DNA of 64,000 nucleotides from Oculina patagonica (Eukaryota): NCBI RefSeq assembly GCF_052425735.1, contig NC_135769.1, positions 31,310,001 to 31,374,000 of the forward strand, read 5' to 3'. Shown piece by piece: positions 58,866 to 64,000 of this stretch (position 1 is its first letter; each line of letters starts with the position of its first letter). The notes under the pieces were generated by a model. It saw only the letters and a program-made list of their open reading frames with translations, ran no database searches and was not told where the DNA came from. The position numbers and the translations under genes were made by a program.

Positions 58866-60918
58866 GTGCTGATGCTAGCGTCCCCAATGTGCAGGTTCTA
58901 AAAATGTCGGTGGTCGTCGAAGGTCGAGAAGATATCGAGCTCGATCTAACTGGTGTGTATCAAAATTTCGTTGAACTTCAGCTTATCATCAAAATCTAGT
59001 CGTTTTGTTTACCTTTTCCATGTTGCAACAACTTTGGAATTTTACCTTGTTTACTCGATGTTTGTTCGGGCATGTTCAACTTTATAAAGGGTGGTTTTCA
59101 CTAGTTCTTGAAAACGCAGACCCTCACAACAGAAAAACTCAGACCCTCTGGGTGTCTCGAAAACTCAAACCCGAAAAATTTAGACCCGATTGCTGCAAAC
59201 CGACTTCCATTGCTACAATGGCATAGCCGGAATCTGCTGAGAAAAGAGCAAGGATGGCGCAGTGATGAGAGCGCTCGCCACACCAATGTGACCCGGATTC
59301 GATTTCCGGACCCGGCGTTATGTGCTCCGAGGGTTTTTCTCCAGGTTCTCCGGTTTTCCTCCCTCCACGAAAACCAACTCTTTTTTTCCAATTTGATGTG
59401 GAAACAGTAAATGAAGAGCCACTACGTGGATATGCCATTGTAAATTTCCATTATTTATTTATTTATTTATTTATTTATCATTCATTCATTCATTCATTTA
59501 ACAGGAGATCTGAGTGCTTTTAAATACAAATCTTTCACTATCAAGGAAGGGACATCTTATAGAATTAAAATAACGTTTAAGGTAAATGCAGTCTGACTCA
59601 TCAGTACTTGACGGTATGTGATATAATTAAGCTTTTGTTTCCCATCTGTTTATTGTAAATAAGAAAGGAAAGTTGACTTTGCATTTAGCCTTTAATTTGA
59701 GATTGTATGAGAACATTACACAGACGATCGCTAACGTCTGCGGCGATTGGGGCGATCACGATCACTTGGATCACCCGTGTTCTATCCTTCTAGCTTCTCT
59801 TTCCCTTCTTCTCCGCGGAAAAACTGTAATAACTGAGAAGATAGAAGACCACAAATTTTGCTCTTTCATTAGAGGCTGTCATTGTGTTGGGTCAATTTAG
59901 AATTACAGTCATGAGAACAACAGTAACCTGTTAAAATTTCACTCAAATTCTCATTTACCCCGCCCGAAAAAAGACTTTATTATTGTGTCTAGTGTCAATG
60001 TGATAATCTTATGCGGTTGCTTAAACTTTGTTACTGTTGTCTTTTTATTTAGGTTAACCATGAAATCGTGGCTGGTCTTCGCTATTTTCACGTAATCTAC
60101 AGAAAAGGAATACGAGGTAAAACCAAAACAATCACTGTAAAAACTTGATATCGTTTGGGATGTGTAGTGACCTTAAATTGCTCGGTTCAGGCCTTTCCTG
60201 CCCATAGACCATTGTGACATTTGTTCTTGGGCAAGAGGCTTTATGCATCAGTAATTAATTTCAACAGTGTCCAACTCCCTCAAGGCACATAGCATTTTTT
60301 ATGCCTATTAATGTTTATGATTTTGATATAAAGATGAGATGTTCAACATGACACGAGCATGGGACAAAGAAAAATTTGAGTCCCTGACGGGAATCGAACC
60401 CATGGCCTCCCAGTCACCGGTTGGGCGCTCTAACCAACTGAGCTACGAGAGACTCGTTGTGAGCTGGGCCATTTACAAGGTTGATATATGACACGCGTCT
60501 TGCATACTGCTGGGATCAGCAATGTCGAAATCACCAAGTTCGTAGTAAATAATAAAGATAGTAAAGTTACTTTTAATTGTATTTTCATTTTTGTAACAAT
60601 CAAAGTGAAATTGTCTTTTCTCTTTTCGTTTTGTTCTGGTATCATCTCAGTTACGGAAACTTCCGGCGTTCCAGCTTTTAGTACTAGCCGGTCTGAACTA
60701 ATATGACTTGTTATGTTTCAGTTGACAAGAGTTCCTTGATGGTGGGAAGCTATGGTCCAAAGGCTGAACCTCAAGAGTACCTAACACCAGTTGAAGAGGC
60801 TCCCAAAGGGATGCTCGCTCGTGGCCACTACACATCAAAGAGCAAGTTTACTGGTGATGACAAGAACATCTATCTTGAATGGGAATGGGCATTTGACATT
60901 AAGAAAGACTGGGAGTAG
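58866..60918 (+). CDS. ARHGDIA: Rho GDP-dissociation inhibitor, 5'-partial (four exons encoding the Ig-like domain; N-terminal exon not found)
   Basis: Exons 58866-58952 ([25 protein letters not shown]), 59505-59581 ([16 protein letters not shown]), 60053-60116 ([11 protein letters not shown]...RKGIR), 60722-60918 ([13 protein letters not shown]...[15 protein letters not shown]...[12 protein letters not shown]). The frame is open and splice sites are intact. Confidence 0.88.
59245..59478 (+). mobile_element. tRNA-derived SINE with (ATTT)n tail
   Basis: GAGCAAGGATGGCGCAGTGATGAGAGCGCTCGCC...CCGGATTCGATTTCCGG head, TTTTTCTCC...GGTTTTCC body, (ATTT)n/(ATTC)n tail next to a RhoGDI acceptor. Confidence 0.75.
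60331..60560 (-). mobile_element. Repeat with an internal tRNA-like module (SINE-like)
   Basis: Reverse complement of the family at 17900 and 43490. Confidence 0.7.
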
Positions 60919-61380
60919 CAACTTGTTTAGCACAATTGAAGATGTAGACTGTTTAACGTTTTCTGTAGCTGTATTGTAGGAATCCAATCTTTTAGGATTG
61001 ATCGTGGTGCTATGCAATGTCCCAAAGGTGACAATGTAGGAAACGGGAAGCTGATTTAAACAATTCCTCTCAGCTATTACTATAGGAAATACTTTGAGAC
61101 TACAAAAGAAAATTAGCGTTGACAGAGTACAAGGCTCGCAGTTATTTCAGTTTATATGACGGAATGATTCCGATCTTCTAGATGTAGAATGTAATGTTAA
61201 TGGAGGGTTTGAGATGTCAAATAAAAAGGCTTAAACAGGCAATGACAACTTTTGAGCATTCTTTATTTTTGAAGCAAATCTATATAATGTAAGCCAAGGC
61301 TTGTATGTCCTGTAAAGGAAAAAGTAAAACTGTGTTAGTAAAACTGTGTTACTGATACAATATTCCTTAATTTATTATGC

Positions 61381-61805
61381 ATTAACATGGCAAATTTCAG
61401 CCTGGTCTGCCGGGTTGCATTGGGATATTGTTGCGATTACATGGCGGATTTCAGCCCGGATTGAATTTTTTTTAAAACTGAAAACTTATCGGGGCAGCCA
61501 TTTTTTTTTCGTTGAAAACCATCACTGCACATCCGTAAGCTCACTTTCAGCCCGGGCTGAAATTTGAACGCGATTACTTGAGGTTTTTCAGCCCGTTTGC
61601 CCGGGCTGAGATTTTCAGCCCGGTTTCAAAATCCGGGCTGGAAATTTCAGCCCAGGCTGTAATTCGCCCCGGGAGGAAACTTTCTTCATGTAATCGCAAA
61701 CGTCTTTTCAAGAAGATTTGTTTTGGAAGCCGAGCTGATATCTCAGCCCGGCAAACAGGGTTGAAATTTCAGCCCGGGCTGAAATTCGCCATGTAATCAG
61801 ACCCT
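61381..61805. mobile_element. PIF/Harbinger-like MITE with TTTCAGCCCGG subrepeats
   Basis: CATGGCAAATTTCAGCC ... GGCTGAAATTCGCCATG; absent from the paralogous segment at 55330-55777. Confidence 0.7.
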
Positions 61806-61927
61806 AAGATGCTTGCTACTTGATTTTGTAATTGATTGCAAGCGATATGCTGTAAACCATCAAGGGCGCTGGGAACGAGAATGTAAATATGTAGGCACGC
61901 ATAGCGTACACATAATATCTCACCTTT

Positions 61928-63965
61928 TCAGTTGCTCTTCATCCACGACTCCCCGTCAGCAAAGAAGCAGTTCCAGTCAGTGCTATCAGTGGGGCATGAG
62001 TAATCAGTGATAGTTTTAAACAGAGTACAGTACACTGTACCGACAAAGCTGTACAGACGAATAGCTTTGCAAGGCTTAAGATTATCGCATCTCTGTTGAC
62101 AAGGGGGCCTGGCGTCATCCAACTCTCCATAGTAAGTGGTTTCGGAGCCCAGGCTGGTGCCGCTGATGAACTTGAATCCTGCCACTTTGGTCCAGGAAGC
62201 TTAAATGATAAGAAAACAATAACAGCGTTAGTGGTGCTAAAAGCCTGGTGGGCCCGTAGTGTCGTCTTTCGGACAATGAGGTCTGTAACCATCCTGTACC
62301 TGATTGAGTGGGAGGGCTGGACGGGAAAATGTTGGACTCGAGGTCTTGGCGTATGGACCGGGCGCAAGCGAGTTTTGCACAAAATGATCAATAGCCAAGT
62401 ATTTCCCCGTTCCGACCCGGAGGTAGGTTCCCATGTTAAACGGGCGGGAATGCTGGTAAGAAAATTTGAATTAAGCTCCTAAAGAAGACCGAACCTGGGT
62501 GGCTTAAGCTGTAATTGACTGCTAAAAGAAACCATTCTAAAACAGAAACAAGAGCTCTTTGACTTTGACATCGATTGTTTTCATCCATGAAGAAATTTCA
62601 AGATTTCAGGCCTGATCTGGATGAAGACCATTCACGCTGTGACAGCGTTTCCTTATTTCTTCGAATGCAACCCTTAAAGATACATTGATTGGTAAAAGCT
62701 TTGGCGTTCTATCCAGCTACCCTGAGAGTGAGACCAAGATTCGCCATTTAATGCCTCAAACGAGACGGAGCATCCCCGCGTCCTGGTGTCCGGAACAACC
62801 TACCCTGCGAGCAGGCTAGGACCGACCTAACTCGTTCATCAAGAAGTTGGGTTAGAAACACTGTTTTTACACCCGCTTTCAGTGTTATGTGCATAGCGAT
62901 ATTTCTACATCCATCTTTTGACATCGTCTTTCGACGTGCTGTTTGAAATGAGCCAATCAAAACTTCGGTAGTACACTGTATAGTAAAACGCCATATTTTG
63001 GATTTTTTTTTCTGTAATTTTTACGAGATGCCATTACCTTTCTGTGTGGCTTTACTCAGATTGTCCTCTACACTCTGGCGCTTTCTCAAATGAATTAATT
63101 AAGTGACATTTTTTAGGAATAATTTCTAAAAAATAAGCGGACCGGATCCCAAATCAAAAGTGTCCTGTCCGCTTTTAATGGGAACAAAAATAAAAACTTA
63201 CGCAAATGTCATTGCCAATTAATAAAGTTATTTGTAATTCATTGCAAGATAATGACTAGAGATTATACGACTAACATGCAACATAAACAAAGAAATCAAC
63301 TCGGAAATTAATGGCAAGATATTTGCTTTTTTCCCTGGAATAAATGAAAAAATCTTAATTTGTGTATTTACTATATACACAGTTTGTCATTACAGAAAAC
63401 AGTGTACTGTAAATAACTTTTTAAAAGGCTATAGTGTAGATTGGCCGAAAACTGAATGAAAAAAACAATAGCTATTGGACTTTTTGGCTATTTTATTTTA
63501 CAAGTAAAACTAATAAAAAAGAACTGCGAAATTGTTTTACATTGTATATAAGTTCAGTTAAAGGCTCGGTTCTGAAACGGCAATGAAAAACGGGTTTGTT
63601 GGCTTTAAAGTTTAAATTTAACTAAATTATCAGAGAACCTGAGGACAAAATCAGCGTTAAATCACACTGTAACCCCCTCTAAGCCTCTTACCAGGAATTT
63701 GATATTACTCCTCAGGATTTATTCTCGAATTAATTTACTGTCTGGATGATGACGAAAAAAAACGCTGTTGTATGGCAGGTTTGTGACCTACTCGAAGCCT
63801 ACAAAATACATATTCGCTTAGATTCATGAACTTTTCAATTATACTACAACCTTATTATGAGCCGCAAAAGAAAAAAATATTAACACACTTACCTTCAACA
63901 GTGAACATGGTGAACGAAGCCGAGAAAAACAGGACAAAAAGAATGAAAGCGCCAGCGTATCTCAT
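61928..63965 (-). CDS. Small secreted six-cysteine protein, PAN/apple-like, 2 exons, 114 aa
   Basis: Exon 63965-63893 encodes signal peptide MRYAGAFILFVLFFSASFTMFTVE and ends in a perfect G|GTAAGT phase-1 donor. Exon 62199-61928 (acceptor TTTTCTTATCATTTAAG) continues in frame: A-SWTKVAGFKFISG...CQQRCDNLKPCKAIRLY...YCTLF...C...C...KSN*. Confidence 0.82.
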
Positions 63966-64000
63966 ATTAACGTTCCGGTGACTTTTTCGATGCTATTCAA

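Noticed and set aside
61939-62482. 150-aa and 128-aa ORFs overlapping the secreted-peptide exon
   Set aside because: Alternative-frame or antisense shadows with non-ATG or unsupported starts and no recognisable features.

Overview
AT-rich, intron-containing animal genomic DNA. The gene content and the dense MITE/SINE landscape suggest an anthozoan, probably a stony coral; this is an inference. Reading splice sites by hand gives nine protein-coding loci: (1) a divergent 10-exon PP1-family phosphatase (-, 1158-11849, 329 aa); (2) intronless ATG101 (-), head-to-head with (3) a 3-exon NDUFA3-like complex I subunit (+, 82 aa, not recovered by the ORF track); (4) a 4-exon meteorin/METRNL-like secreted protein (-); (5) 9-exon diacylglycerol kinase epsilon (-); (6) intronless METTL18 (-), head-to-head with (7) an 11-exon PRPSAP (+); (8) a RhoGDI locus (+) whose N-terminal exon could not be found and which lies just downstream of a probable solo LTR; (9) a 2-exon 114-aa secreted six-cysteine PAN/apple-like peptide (-). 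Non-coding DNA holds many non-autonomous DNA transposons (several with 5- or 6-bp target duplications), tRNA-derived repeats, a deleted Ty3/gypsy element inside a (GGTA)n microsatellite, and an inverted Penelope-like repeat carrying a minimal hammerhead ribozyme motif with a U3-A8 core variant. There is one 159-N assembly gap. Residue numbers for human homologues are from memory and should be verified by alignment.
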